The position numbers and the translations under genes were made by a program. 64,000 nucleotides of DNA from Octopus sinensis (taxonomy: Eukaryota): positions 53,258,001 through 53,322,000 of the forward strand of contig NC_043002.1 of assembly GCF_006345805.1 (NCBI RefSeq). The letters run 5' to 3'. This document shows positions 40,063 to 52,654 of the stretch, one piece after another. The notes below the pieces were generated by a model, which saw only the letters and a list, made by a program, of their open reading frames with translations, was not told the origin of the DNA and ran no database searches. Positions within the stretch are counted from its first letter, which is position 1, and the number at the start of each line of letters is the position of its first letter.

Positions 40063-40329
40063 ATGTTTTGAATTATATAAAACCCGGGGCTGTTTTCTTG
40101 CCGACTCAGCAAGAAATTTAGATAACATTGAAGTATCATGTTTTGAATGTTAGGAAGATACTGCGTATTTATGTCGTTTAAGAAACGTTAATGGTAGCAT
40201 TGCAGTTATTGGTATTGTCTTTTTGTTAACTGTGTCAGTTACAACAGTACAAGCAAAAGCCAATGTGTTGAAAGGTATTTCTTTATAATCCGGTCTCTAT
40301 AACACTAAGTTAAATATTGGCACTCTGTC

Positions 40330-40660
40330 GGTTCCAGTCGATTTGATCAACGATTTGATAGCAAGGGTTCCAGTCGATTTGATCAACGGAACAGCCTGCT
40401 TGTGATATTAACGTGCAAGTGGCTGAGTACTCCATAGCCACGCGTACTCTTTGCTTAGTTTTCAAGGAGATCCAATGTGACACAGAATGTGACAAAGCTG
40501 GCCCTTTGAACAACAGGTACTATTCATTTTCGCCAGCTGAGTGAACTGGTGCAACGTAAAATAAAGGGTCTTTCTCAAGGACACAATGCTCAGTCAGGAA
40601 TCGAGCGCACGACCTTACAATTGTGAGTCAAATACCCTAACCATTTAAACCACACGCTAA
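40330..40660 (-). mobile_element. Degenerate family C SINE, long tail, with a 22-bp internal duplication
   Basis: Homologous to 4545-4868; GTTCCAGTCGATTTGATCAACG occurs twice. Confidence 0.72.
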
Positions 40661-40849
40661 GCTAAGTAAATGATGTTTTTTTCCCGTTTTTGATATCAGA
40701 AATAATCTAGTTTATAGAATTAGTAGAGAAAATGTTACATGCAATCGAGACTGCAGCTGCACAAACAGAACTATTTGTCAATGCTTGTAAGGATGAATAT
40801 ATAGGTTATAACGTGATAGGTTATACAGGTGCTCTGAATGGCACTAGTC

Positions 40850-41420
40850 TGTAAATGGTTAATAGCTTTACCTACCTGGAGGGTGACATTGCTTTTACAG
40901 AAGAAAATGTCCGGGTTAGGATTGCAAAAAGCATAGAATACCTTGAATTGACTCGGAATTATGAGTAAGTTTTCCTTTCCTGAAATGAAGAAGGATTTCT
41001 TCAAGCAATCGTTGAATCAATGCTTCTCTATAGCACTTCAGCATGCACACTGGACAAGAGACTTGAAGAGAAAATTGATGATACATACATGAGAATGCTT
41101 CGTGCATTTCTCAATCTTTCTTGGCAGCAACACCCCACATAGCAGCAACTGAACGGCAGTCTTCTCACTATCACTTCAGTAATCAGAAAAAGAAGCCCAC
41201 ATTATGCAAGGCACTTTTGGGGAAGCACGGATGTAATATCCATCGATCTCCTACTCTGGAAACCAACACATGGACATACAGAAGAAGAGCATATATCGAT
41301 CAACTTGTAGAAGACTGGATATCAAGTTAAAGCTACGAAGACTGCTGTGGAGGATCGGGACGCTTAACATGGAAGAGTTAGATTTGCTTGAGTAAATCAC
41401 CGAACCGGATAGACAGATGA
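40850..41420 (+). pseudogene. 3' fragment of an RTE-clade LINE (RT C-terminus)
   Basis: MVNSFTYLEGDIAFTEENVRVRIAK..AIVESMLLYSTSACTLDKRLEEKIDDTYMRMLRAFLNLSWQQHPT..DLLLWKPTHG..YIDQLVED. Confidence 0.85.
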
Positions 41421-41536
41421 GTTGACATAATTGGAGAAGAAAAACTTTTAAAGGGACTTCTTATTCTCGTCGGTATTGAACACGATTGCAGATTTAAATA
41501 AGTATTGAAAGTTATGTACTATGTGTGTGCGTGTAT

Positions 41537-41601
<65 letters not shown>

Positions 41602-41765
41602 GTTGTATACTGTCAATTTAACAAGAACGTGACAGTAGGGGGTACACCACCGTTGTATAGCCGTAGGAGGCATCGAACGCCTCCTGACAGCTTCGACACA
41701 TTTTTTCCGTGTCCTTATATACATATACGAAGGGGAGACAAACACCCCCAACCGCCGAAACTGCA

Positions 41766-41811
41766 TCTAGGGACACCGTGTTTCAGGATCATTGTCCTTC
41801 ATCGGCCTAGA
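41766..41811 (-). ncRNA. Type I hammerhead, U4C and A10.1-U11.1 variant
   Basis: Exact reverse complement of 43820-43865. Confidence 0.75.
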
Positions 41812-41840
41812 GTAGCAGACACCGGTCGGCTGGTGATATT

Positions 41841-43579
41841 ATATCTTTATTCTGGGCACGATGGCCCTAATTCAGACGGGACATTACAAGACGGGACGTG
41901 GGGTACATAAAGTAAAAATAAAATATGAAATAAAGATGAATTATATATAATGAGATGGAACGGCTTACGAACCCCCAACTCGCAGTTCCGTTTAAAATAC
42001 AATTGTACATTTCACAATTACATATATTCCAGTTCAAAATACAATTTACATTTTACAATTTTACAATTAACAATTTTACTTTTTAACATTACATATATTC
42101 TAATTCTTTTATATTGGACGTTCGTCCGTCATATATTCTATTAAGTCCATTTGGTCTATTACATTTGGTAAATTGTCATACCGTACATAATGCGTTATAT
42201 AAATAGCATTATATCTTTTTTAATTTTGTGAATGTTCTTTCTTTTTCTATAACTGCGCTTTTACATCGTCACCATACAGTTTTGGGTTCAACTTCACCCT
42301 GACCAACCCTTTCCTACCTGCAAGTCTTTTCCACTTCTGTATTCTTGATATACATCACAACTACTTTCAGGTTTTTCCTGCAGGCCTTCTTCCCTTTTTA
42401 CACGCTTCCAACTGTTCTTTCACTCTTGTCTCCCATTTTGGTCAAACTCTGTCCTTGGCTGCTCTCTCGCCTTCTCTTTTACTTCCTGTTCTTTGCGTGT
42501 TCTCTCTTCTTTTTCTTCTGTTATCTGCTTTTGATTTTTTTCTTTTTTTGCACTTCGGTGGTGATTCCACCCTTGTTCTCTTCCTATCTTCTGTTCTTTC
42601 CTCCTCTGCACTTGCTCGTTCTTCTTCCGTATCCTCATTTAGCTGCTCCTTCGTTTGTGCCTCCTCTGCTTTCGCTTCCTCCTGCACTTCTCCCTCCTCC
42701 ACACACGTATCTTTACACTCCTCTATTACAGCCTCCGGTGCTTTCGTTTTTTCCGCGGGCACACATCCTTCATGTGGCCCCTTGATTTACAATTATAGCA
42801 GACTGGGGGTCTTCCCTCTACCACGACTCTAAGCCGTGTCTCATCAGGGTAGACCAACCCTCCGGGATGTTGTACAGGTCTCGCACGGTTATGTGTGCCA
42901 GAACCTGCACCGTATATCCCCACCACTTAACCTCTGTTGACTTCTCCACCTTCAACACCTCCACACTATCCTTGCAGTTGAAAAGCACTGCCGCCAACAA
43001 CCTCTCCATATTAAATTCGGCGCGAAATTCTGCTAATTCTCATCCTCACTGCCCTCCTTCCGCAGTAACTTGGTAGTAAAGTCCACTTATCCGTTTTCAA
43101 AATTCTTGTTGCATTCTTTTGCTTCATTTTCTGTTTTAAAATATACCACCACTGTGCATATTTCCTTCCTCTTTTGAAAAATGTGGGTTCACCCTCAATT
43201 TCCTTCAGACACTTTTCTACTTCTTCCTTTCTGCTACTTCAACTTTTTTCGACGCCACACACCATGTCCTGTACGTTATCATACGCTTCTCCACGTTGCT
43301 TTCTTCCTCCTCGGACGGTGTGGACTCTCACGCAGTCACCCTCCCTCTTCAAACTGTCGAAATACTTCTCTAGAGTTTTCTGTTCGACCACCACTTCTTC
43401 CATTTCCTGTTCACTGGCAACTAGGCCTCGCCTGCTGCTCTCGCATAAGTCTGCTCTTGCATTTTCAAAAATCCAACAAAAAAACTTTTCAACGTCCTCC
43501 AACGAACTCGAACTCACAACCTCTTCACAATGACGCACTCGAAACAAACACACCACAATAACCAAAAAAAAGAGGGGGG
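41841..43579 (-). mobile_element. ORF1-only Tx1/L1-type non-LTR retroelement (HAL1-like) with a 10-bp TSD
   Basis: TSD TGGTGATATT (41831-41840, 43580-43589). Frameshifted ORF1 with RLRVVVEGRPPVCYNCKSRGHMKDVCP (CCHC knuckle, 42759-42800) and an E/K-rich tail. AT-rich 3' UTR ends AATAAAGATAT. No ORF2 motifs seen. Confidence 0.85.
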
Positions 43580-43819
43580 TGGTGATATTTGCCTGGACTT
43601 CGTATCTGTATATATGTAAACTCAGTGAAGTCTATTCACTGATTATCAAAATAAGAAATATTGAATTTCTAAATCTCTCGTAGAGACATGTACGGTGGTG
43701 GGGCGATAGAATGGTTGTATGCTGTCAATCTAACAAGAACGTGACAGTTCTTCACTGAGTTTACATATATACAGATACGAAGTCCAGGCAAATATCACCA
43801 GCCGACCGGTGTCTGCTAC

Positions 43820-43865
43820 TCTAGGCCGATGAAGGACAATGATCCTGAAACACGGTGTCCCTAGA
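43820..43865 (+). ncRNA. Type I hammerhead, U4C and A10.1-U11.1 variant
   Basis: TCTAGG-CCGATGA-AGGA-CAATGA-TCCT-GAAA-CACGGTGT-C-CCTAGA. All three stems pair and the site is GUC. Confidence 0.78.
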
Positions 43866-44099
43866 TGCAGTTTCGGCGGTTGGGGGTGTTTGTCTCCCCT
43901 TCGTATATGTATATAAGGACACAGGGAAAAAAATGTGTCGAAGCTGTCAGGAGGCGTTCGATGCCTCCTAGGGCTACAACGGTGGTGTACCCCCTACTGT
44001 ACGTTCGATGTGTTAGATTGACAGTATACAACCATTCTATCGCGACCACCGAGTATAACGTAGGGATTTACAGATAGGAGTTTATATGAATATTTCATT

Positions 44100-44454
<355 letters not shown>

Positions 44455-44461
<7 letters not shown>

Positions 44462-44850
44462 AACAAAACAAAAAATGAAACAAGAACGTAACAAGCGACA
44501 ACAAAGCATCCGGACAGTTAGACGATACAAAAAAAAAAACAAGATAAAACAAGGACCGGTGATTCGGAGCTTTCTATTATCAGTCGAATTCCAGATCGTC
44601 GTTGTAGTTTAGGTCGGTTACAGTCGAGACTGCTCCAATCTAGCCGGCCCCAAGAAAATTTAAGCTAAGAGCACTGGATTCTTTGGAAGAAAGCAAGCGA
44701 ATGTATCCGAAGACAAGGACGGAAAAAAACGGAGAAATGGTACATAATTACAAATACAAACAACAGGACATTAACAACAGGTGCCATTCGACTAAGGACG
44801 AATTAAATTAAGCTGGCGTGTGTGAAAGTGGAGCCTTACGGCAGGAACAT
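44455..44850. repeat. Dispersed repeat, probable PLE-terminal fragment
   Basis: Bounded by (TA)n, with a degenerate HHR-like rc CTGATAA..GAAAGCTCCGAA near 44560-44585. The family assignment is from recall only. Confidence 0.35.
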
Positions 44851-45373
44851 AAGATATATATATATATACTTTATCTGTGTATTAGGGCTACTATTGATTT
44901 CATGTTAATAAAATATGTTAATATCTTAACAGTGCATAATAGTGTTGGATGCCTCACTGTTTCTAGGGCTGTGTTGATATAAACAGTAGTATTTTGAGAT
45001 GAGGTGTGATGTTATGCTTTGTTGTCCTTAGTGTTAATATATATATATATATATAGTGAACAAGTATAATCCTACTGTGACAATAGACACACGGATAAGG
45101 ATAAATTACAGTGTCTTTGGCAAACTGAAACAAGAATCAGTTCTTATTACTGCCTTTCAAGTTACTGAAGTTCTGAAGCATGGAATTTCTGAAGAAATGT
45201 AAACGTGCGACAAATATTGCAAAATTTAGATAATACCACAAGTTGAAGTTTGACAGCAGGGCATTAATGACTAGCTCTAATACAATGTGGTTATGAATAA
45301 ATTTGTATGCAGAAGTTATATATGATATAACTAATAAACAAATTTTACTTATAAATTTGTGTATTTTTTCTAT

Positions 45374-45680
45374 CAGTCATCCTTCGACATGGTTCAACAA
45401 CCAATCCCAACCAGTCGGGATTCACAATATGGGTTGTACTATCCATTCCTTCGATCAATGAATGCAAAACGTGACTCACGCGATCTCCGTTCGAGTGATG
45501 TTCACCCTCCCACCCTTGTGCATCAATCGTAACAAAATTACCCATTTACAGCTGAGTTGACTGGATCAACGTGAAATAAAGTGTTTTGCTCAAGAACACA
45601 ATGCACAGCCAATATGGGAATCGAAACCACGATCTCACAGTTGTAAGTGTAACAGTTTAACCACTGAGCTACACGCATTC
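45374..45680 (-). mobile_element. Degenerate family C-head SINE with a distinct tail
   Basis: CAGCTGAGTTGACTGGATCAACGTGAAATAAAGTGTTTTGCTCAAGAACACAA..GGGAATCGAAACC..AACCACTGAGC. Confidence 0.75.
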
Positions 45681-45890
45681 ATACATTATTGGATGGCCGT
45701 TGACTCTCTTGAGTTCTCTCACCCTTTTGTTTTTCGTCCCGAAGGATGTCCAATAAATTTTGGTGGGCTGGTTTAGTCGCCGTGGGTTACATGTAACCAG
45801 TAACGCTCGAGAATGACCTGACTGACATAAAGCTTTCTCTGTAAGAAGTTTTATTCTTTTTAACTACTGCAGCTTTTAAGGCAAGCTAAG

Positions 45891-45933
45891 CAACACTGAC
45901 GAGGCTTTAAATAATGTCGAAACAGGTCTGTTG
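45891..45933 (+). ncRNA. Type I hammerhead ribozyme with a fully canonical core
   Basis: CAACA-CTGACGA-GGC-TTTAAATAAT-GTC-GAAA-CAGGT-C-TGTTG: 5-bp stem I, G10.1-C11.1, GUC site. Confidence 0.8.
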
Positions 45934-46881
45934 TATCACTATTTCAAACTGCCAAAATTACTGTTATTTATCCACTGAGTATATTTGTAACAAGACTAAG
46001 AATGCATTAACTTGTATATATAAGTCTTCCTAAACAAATTTATTGATAACTACGTTGTACTGGTACTATTATGATTACATTATTATGATATTAGTATATG
46101 TATGCATTAGAGTATCTATAAGTGTGATAAATGCAAGTATTTGCATACGTCTACGTATGTATTAAGACTTGCATGTATGTATATATGTGAGCATGTATAA
46201 ATATGTATATATGTATGCATGTATGAATATGTATATATGAATGCATGTATAAATAGACTTCTTTTGTGCTCTGTAGGTAGGAGTGTGTTGATGCATTGCT
46301 CATTGAAAGTTCTTTCTCTTTTCTGCATCACTTGTGATAACAGCAAGCTTTAGGCTTTTGCTGCAATATTATTCAATGTGCTGGAGGTTTTAGTGTCATT
46401 TCTCTGGAAATAAATCTAAATTTAATAAATAGATGCTGCATTGCTGTTATTGTAAGACGAAATTGAGGAAAGGAAAGACGAAGGCGATCTGCTAACAAAG
46501 GAGAACAGGAGAGAATGGATTCAGCGATAAAGAGATCGGGAGATATAATGAGAGTATAAGACATAGATAAGATATGATAAAGAGGGAGAGATAGAGATGG
46601 CGACAGAAAAAGAGGGAGAGAGGGATACAGAAGAACGAGAAATTGAAGAGAGGAGTAAAATGATTATGATTTCTTACATAAGTAAGAAAGTATACGCTGA
46701 GATAGGATAGCATATAGCCCATTTAATCGCCTCTCTGCAAATACGCAAGCACGCACACACACACGCACACACACACAAACACAAACACACACACACAAAC
46801 ACACAAACACGTCTAGGTCGGATATATCTGTTTCACCACTACTAGAAACATATATCACGGTCACGTTATATATATATATAC

Positions 46882-46916
46882 GCTATGTTTTTCGAAAGAA
46901 AATTATAATTATATTT

Positions 46917-46974
<58 letters not shown>

Positions 46975-47491
46975 TTGTGTGTGTGTGTGTGTGTTTGTAT
47001 GTATATATATATATATATATATACACATATATACATGTATACACATATATACATATATATATATATATATGTTTATATATATATATATAGAGAGAGAGTG
47101 AAAGATACAGTTATATGTATATGCATAAATATGTACGTGTATATATGTAGGTTTATATATATGTGGGTATATATGTTTGTATGTGTATATATAATATATA
47201 TATATATATATTTGAGTGTGTATGTGTGTGTTTATTATATATATATATTTATATAAACACACACACACACTCAAATATATATATATAAATAAACACACAC
47301 ATACACACTCAAATATATATATATATACACAAACAATATACCCACATATATATAAACCTACTATATACACGTACATATTTATGCATATAACATCTAACTG
47401 TATCTCTTTCTCTCTCTCTCTCTCGATATATATATATATAATATATATATATATAATATGTATACATGTATATATGTATTATATATATATT

Positions 47492-47536
<45 letters not shown>

Positions 47537-47600
47537 CATACAAACACACACACACATATACATACATATATTAATTATATTTTCTTTCGAAAAACATAGC
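46882..47600. repeat. ~720-bp imperfect palindrome of unique blocks and microsatellites
   Basis: Terminal GCTATGTTTTTCGAAAGAAAA is inverted at 47580-47600. The inner block ~47092-47235 is inverted at ~47290-47420. Confidence 0.8.
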
Positions 47601-47945
47601 ATAGAAGTGCTCAAATCGAACCCGAGGCGTTAGGCAAGTATAATAAATACAATAAAAAAACGTTCAAATCAGGTAGATTACAATTAACACGTACATATAC
47701 AGGTTTAAATATGATAAAATAAGGATTGTCCAATCTGAAACATATATCGATATATTAGAAATATAAAAATATAGAAAGATAAAAGTATATGAATAATAAA
47801 AATACACGTGGTTCTATAAAGCATCAAATTATCTCATACCTGATAAGGAACTGAATGCATATCTAGCGGAAGCACTATTTCCCCCTGATGATGGGGGCAT
47901 TCTAGGGAAATGAATCTTAAGATTCATATGTAATCTGGACAAATG

Positions 47946-48189
47946 TAGGACCTTTTCTGTTTGAACGGCAGTTTTTACCATCATTTCTAGGTAACTAAAA
48001 AATTTTAAACTTCGTATACTGGTAGAATGTGTTTATAAAACATCTTTTTCTCTTGGCTTTATTGAGAAAATTCTATAGTTTGTAAGATATTTTTTGTTTT
48101 TTTCTTCAATTTCTGCAATTTCAACCAATCAGTGACGTCCATATGACACCGCTAGAAAAAACTGCCGTTCAAACTGAAAAGATCCCAAA
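47946..48189. mobile_element. MITE with ~30-bp TIRs
   Basis: TAGGACCTTTTCTGTTTGAACGGCAGTTTTT against the rc TTTGGGATCTTTTCAGTTTGAACGGCAGTTTTT. Confidence 0.78.
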
Positions 48190-49007
48190 TGTACTCCTGT
48201 AACAGGTTACCCCAAACTCTTTTTAATGTCAATTACTTTATTATGTTTTGAATTTTTAAAAACGTCTTTTTTCTATATTCCATTATTATTTTTATCTATA
48301 TTCTATTATTATTATATATATCTATATGTCCATGTATATTTTTAGTATTGATATATTTTTATATTTCTGTATTTTGATATTTCTAATATATCAATATCTT
48401 TCAGTTTGGACAATTCTTATTGTATCCTAATTAAACCCGTATAGTATGTGTTAATCATAGTCTGCCTGATTTGAATCATTTCTTTTGTATCTATTATACT
48501 TATACACCCCCCCACACACACACTCTCTCTCTCTCTCTCTCTCACACATACACACTCATCGTTATTTTAATTTCGCTTAGGCATAGCGATATTACTAACT
48601 TGGTGTTGGAACTCAATATCAATATGCTTCAAAATAAAGTATTCGTTGAATACAGAGATTAATATAAAATTAAATAAATGACAAAAATAACAGGAGGTTA
48701 CGCAATGAACTTCAGTAACTTACAGCTGTTTCTGACACAAGATGCATTGCACCCAGAAATGACTGCATGTGAATCACTTTATACTTTCTTCAGAACTTCT
48801 AGAATGAAGATCATATTTATTTTGGAAACCAGTAAAGACAACTATCTCTGACCGCCTACTATGTACTGTCTCATACTAACCTATTTATAGTAACTAATTC
48901 ACACCACTTGTTACGTGAGAAGGATGTACCATTGTTCCTATCATCTCTCTAACATCTCGCCTTTTAAGATTTTCTGAGGAAATGTCGTATAAAGACAATA
49001 ATTTTTC

Positions 49008-49910
49008 CATCACAACACCTCCTTTTTGAGAATTTTTTTTTCATTTATTACTTACACATTTGACATTTTTCTGCTTGGCATCTACTTTCAAGAACTCTGT
49101 ACGTTTTCTTTTCTTTTCACTTGTACACCTGGGTTCAATCACCTGCAGTGGTATTGGTACTTGGAATGTATTGTATAGCGATTCTATCAGTTCCTTCAAT
49201 CTCTTGGGTTCGCTCTCCACGAATCTTTTTTTCTGTTGGTTCAGGTGTCTCTCATATACGCCTTTCTAATTTTTACCCAGTGCAGCATTTTCTCTATTCA
49301 TTTGGTAATTACGCCATCTTCCCAACTCTGACTTTCATTCTTATATGCCCTCATAAACACCTTTTCACCAGTTTTAAATAATCTTGCTATGTTTTCCCTG
49401 TCACTTTTTCTCGTTCTGCTTAGTAGCAATTTATCAAAGACTGATCTTACTTTCCTCGCAAACATCTGCTCCGCAGGTTATCTACTTGCTAGTGCATTCG
49501 GATTTGGTGTCTCGCGGTACACTCTCAAGAATTGTAGAGCTACCTCATCCGTGACTTCCTTATTTGACTTTCTTATGGCACTCTTGAAAGTATCGTCAAT
49601 GCCTTCTGCCAGTCTGTTAGATGCAAGATGTTACGGCGCAGTAGTAACATGTTCTACCGCGAACACTTCACAAAACTTTTAAAATTCAACAGACACAAAT
49701 TGCATTCAGTTGTCAGACTATCACGTTTGGGATACCAAATCTCGTAAACAATTCGTGTGAAAAAAGTTATCACATTTGAGGAGGTTGGTTTTTTACACTT
49801 ACAAATCTCTGGCCACTTCGAGAAACTATCAACTACCTTTAAGTAATAAGAACCATTTAAAGGACCAGCGAAATCCTTGTGTAGTCTCGACAAATCAGTG
49901 TATGGCATAA
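49008..49910 (-). mobile_element. Ty3/Gypsy integrase relic with PPT and 3' LTR start
   Basis: RLHKDFAGPLNGSYYLKVVDSFSKWPEI..FGIPNVIVSDN..HVTTAP.HLASNRLAE..FKSAIRK..FLRVYRETPNP..PAEQMFARKVRSVFD. The rc AAAAAGGAGG (49018-49027) is followed by TGTTGTG at 49017. Confidence 0.88.
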
Positions 49911-49924
49911 ATACACACACATAT

Positions 49925-50000
<76 letters not shown>

Positions 50001-51016
50001 TTGGTTGATTGATTTTAAGGTGTGCATGTGTTTTGTAAAGATAACAACTTTTAAGATGACAATGATGGATGATGTTGAAGAAGATGATGATCAAACCTAC
50101 GAGAGCGACTATATATGCGATCGATTTATCTACTAGAAATAGTAACTTAATCTCATTCGCAATCACACTGTACCGACTTTAATAAAAGGAAATGCACGTC
50201 GGGTAATGTAAACCTAGAGACATTGTCTAAACATGAAAACATACGATGAGATGATCACGGTAGGAAAACTGTTGACCAAAATTTTATTCAAACCGATTTG
50301 AACCTGCTCCTAAAAGCAAACAAGCAAAAAAACTGAATTCACTTTTAATTACGTGCTTGTGTACTTCCACCCACAATTCACCTGAGAAGACAAGCATTAT
50401 CCGAATACGTTTGACAGTCTCTAGATTATTTCCTTTATCATTGTTTTGAAATTACACTAAAGTAACTGCTACATCAACTACAACAAAAATATATAAATAA
50501 AGCAAGGTAAATAAATATCTAATATATATGACCACGTATACACATGTTTAAATGTATGTGTATGAAATTTCTTCCCAGAATGCAAATTTGGCAATTCTCC
50601 TCTTTGTATCGCTTTTTCCAGACTATATCTTACCAAAACATCGATCGATAATTTTTTGTTCGATTTTTGAGAAATAGTGTGGATAACACGACTAAATTAA
50701 CATCGACAGCACAATACCCATATTCACTCGTATTCTTCCACTACCGTTTGTATAGAGGTGGGCAAGTGAAATATTCTTAATGAAGACTGCAATTTTTATT
50801 TCTTAGATTTTTAGTGACTCACCGACTTTGAAATCGTACTTAAAATTTAAGTAGAATGTTGGTACTAATAGCAAATGTAAAGACATAACTAATGGAAAAG
50901 TAGTACTAATAGAAAGATAGTACTATCAATGAATTGAACAGTAACAAGAAGACTGTTACAGGTTAATTACAATAGCAACAGTCAGTCCCTTCTCTGTTGT
51001 TCATAAATTGTCCGTT

Positions 51017-51332
51017 GTTGTTGTTGTTGTTGTTTGTTCCTTCTCGAGCCACGCCTGGCTCATAGGGCCAGTTTCCTTGTTTCCTTGGCGTATAGGTTCC
51101 CCACCTGGACGGGACGCCGGTCCGTCGCAGGTGAGCTGCAAGGTGGAGGAGGAAAGAGTGAGATAAAGCAGTGGAGAAAGAGTCAGCAGAGGTTCGCCAT
51201 TACCTTCTGCCGGAGCCGCGAGGAGCTTAGGTGTTTCGCTCATAAACACACACATTGCCCGGTCTGAAATTCGAACCTGCGATCCCTGGACCGCGAGTCC
51301 ACTGCTCTAACCACTAGGCCATGTGCCTCTAC
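51017..51332 (-). mobile_element. Young tRNA-derived SINE with a 12-bp TSD
   Basis: TSD AAATTGTCCGTT (51005-51016, 51333-51344). Head TGGCCTAGTGGTTAGAGCAG..GGTTCGAATTTC; (CAA)n tail. Confidence 0.92.
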
Positions 51333-51831
51333 AAATTGTCCGTTATGTTATGCTATATGTGCTTGAGCATATGCGTATAAATGAGTAAATTGCATCGAAA
51401 GCGGCATTTTTGCAGGCAAATATGTCCCAAACTTATTTGAGTTCATCAAATGCTTGTTTAATTCACAGCACTGCTTTTACTTGCGTGCAAGATATTCAAT
51501 TCTAGCCTTGCCGGTATCTCACGTTATTTCTTTACAATTTATACTGATTTTCTATAAGGAAATCTCGACTTCCAGAATCAGTTCAGAGTTGTCTTTCTAG
51601 CGTGTCACGATACTGATGCCAAACAGCTTGGAATGCATTCATTGCTCCATCAGAGTGCGGTGTGAGATATTTGTCGGTGTTATGACACCTACTGCCTAAA
51701 GCGAGAATTTTCTCCATGGCAAATTGCAGTGAAAACAGCACTTTATTAAAGATCAACCATGTCCCAAACATATTTGAACAAATCTAAACGCTTATCTAAT
51801 TGACAACACCGCTTTCACATGTTTACTACAG

Positions 51832-51964
<133 letters not shown>

Positions 51965-52174
51965 CAGTGTTGCATTTGTTTCAATCTAAGACCGTGTGTT
52001 GCGATTGACACAATTGTAGCGTATAACAGTTTATTTAGCACTTTAAAAGCACTCATAAATTGTTACATTCCATTCGCTTTAATTTCTATTCTAATATTAC
52101 AAAGTGCCAGGAAGTTTCTAATCATTAATAAAGTGCAGCTGCAATGGAATTACACACAGACACAGACACACACA

Positions 52175-52212
<38 letters not shown>

Positions 52213-52610
52213 ACACACACACACACATACACACACACACACACACACACTGCAAAAAGGATCAAATAGATCTTGGCAAATCAACTAGAAAGCACCTCCA
52301 CGTATCTATGGCTAACAGATCACCCTGAAATAAAGTATTCCATATCACTGAACTGGCCAGTAAACCAGTAGATACAAAGTTAAACAGTTGTCTTCTGGTC
52401 CAAGGTGTTCAGCAAATCCATGTATATTTCAAAAGTGTAAAGGGTACATATGCTGAAGGAAGGGATTGAGCAAAATATCAGTATACGCATTTCAATAGTC
52501 TGCTTATTTATTACCAATACAAAGTACATTCAGTTCTATATTCAAGAGATGAGGAATTATGTACATTATTTACATTTGACGGATATTTGTCCCCATCTTG
52601 TTTGCTATTA

Positions 52611-52654
52611 ACCCAGCGTTTCGGCTGATATACCCTCCAGCCTTCATCAGGTGT
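52611..52654 (-). ncRNA. Hammerhead motif, probably inactivated (U16.1C), in a short PLE-like repeat (~52540-52690)
   Basis: rc: ACAC-CTGATGA-A-GGCTG-GAGGGTATAT-CAGCC-GAAA-CGC-T-GGGT. Confidence 0.6.

Larger units (their letters stand above)
41596..44051. mobile_element. Young HHR-bearing foldback element (363-bp monomer, direct repeat, inverted arm), interrupted by a retroelement
   Basis: Arm A is 41596-41840 plus 43590-43630; arm B is 43750-44051 (rc, near-identical). AGAATGGTTGTAT recurs directly at 43708. Confidence 0.9.

Noticed and set aside
47880-47915. CTGATGA...GAAA, HHR-like
   Set aside because: Stem II and stem I cannot be paired.
48768-49017. Full extent of the Gypsy 3' LTR
   Set aside because: Only the PPT-adjacent TG start is supported; no second LTR defines the other end.
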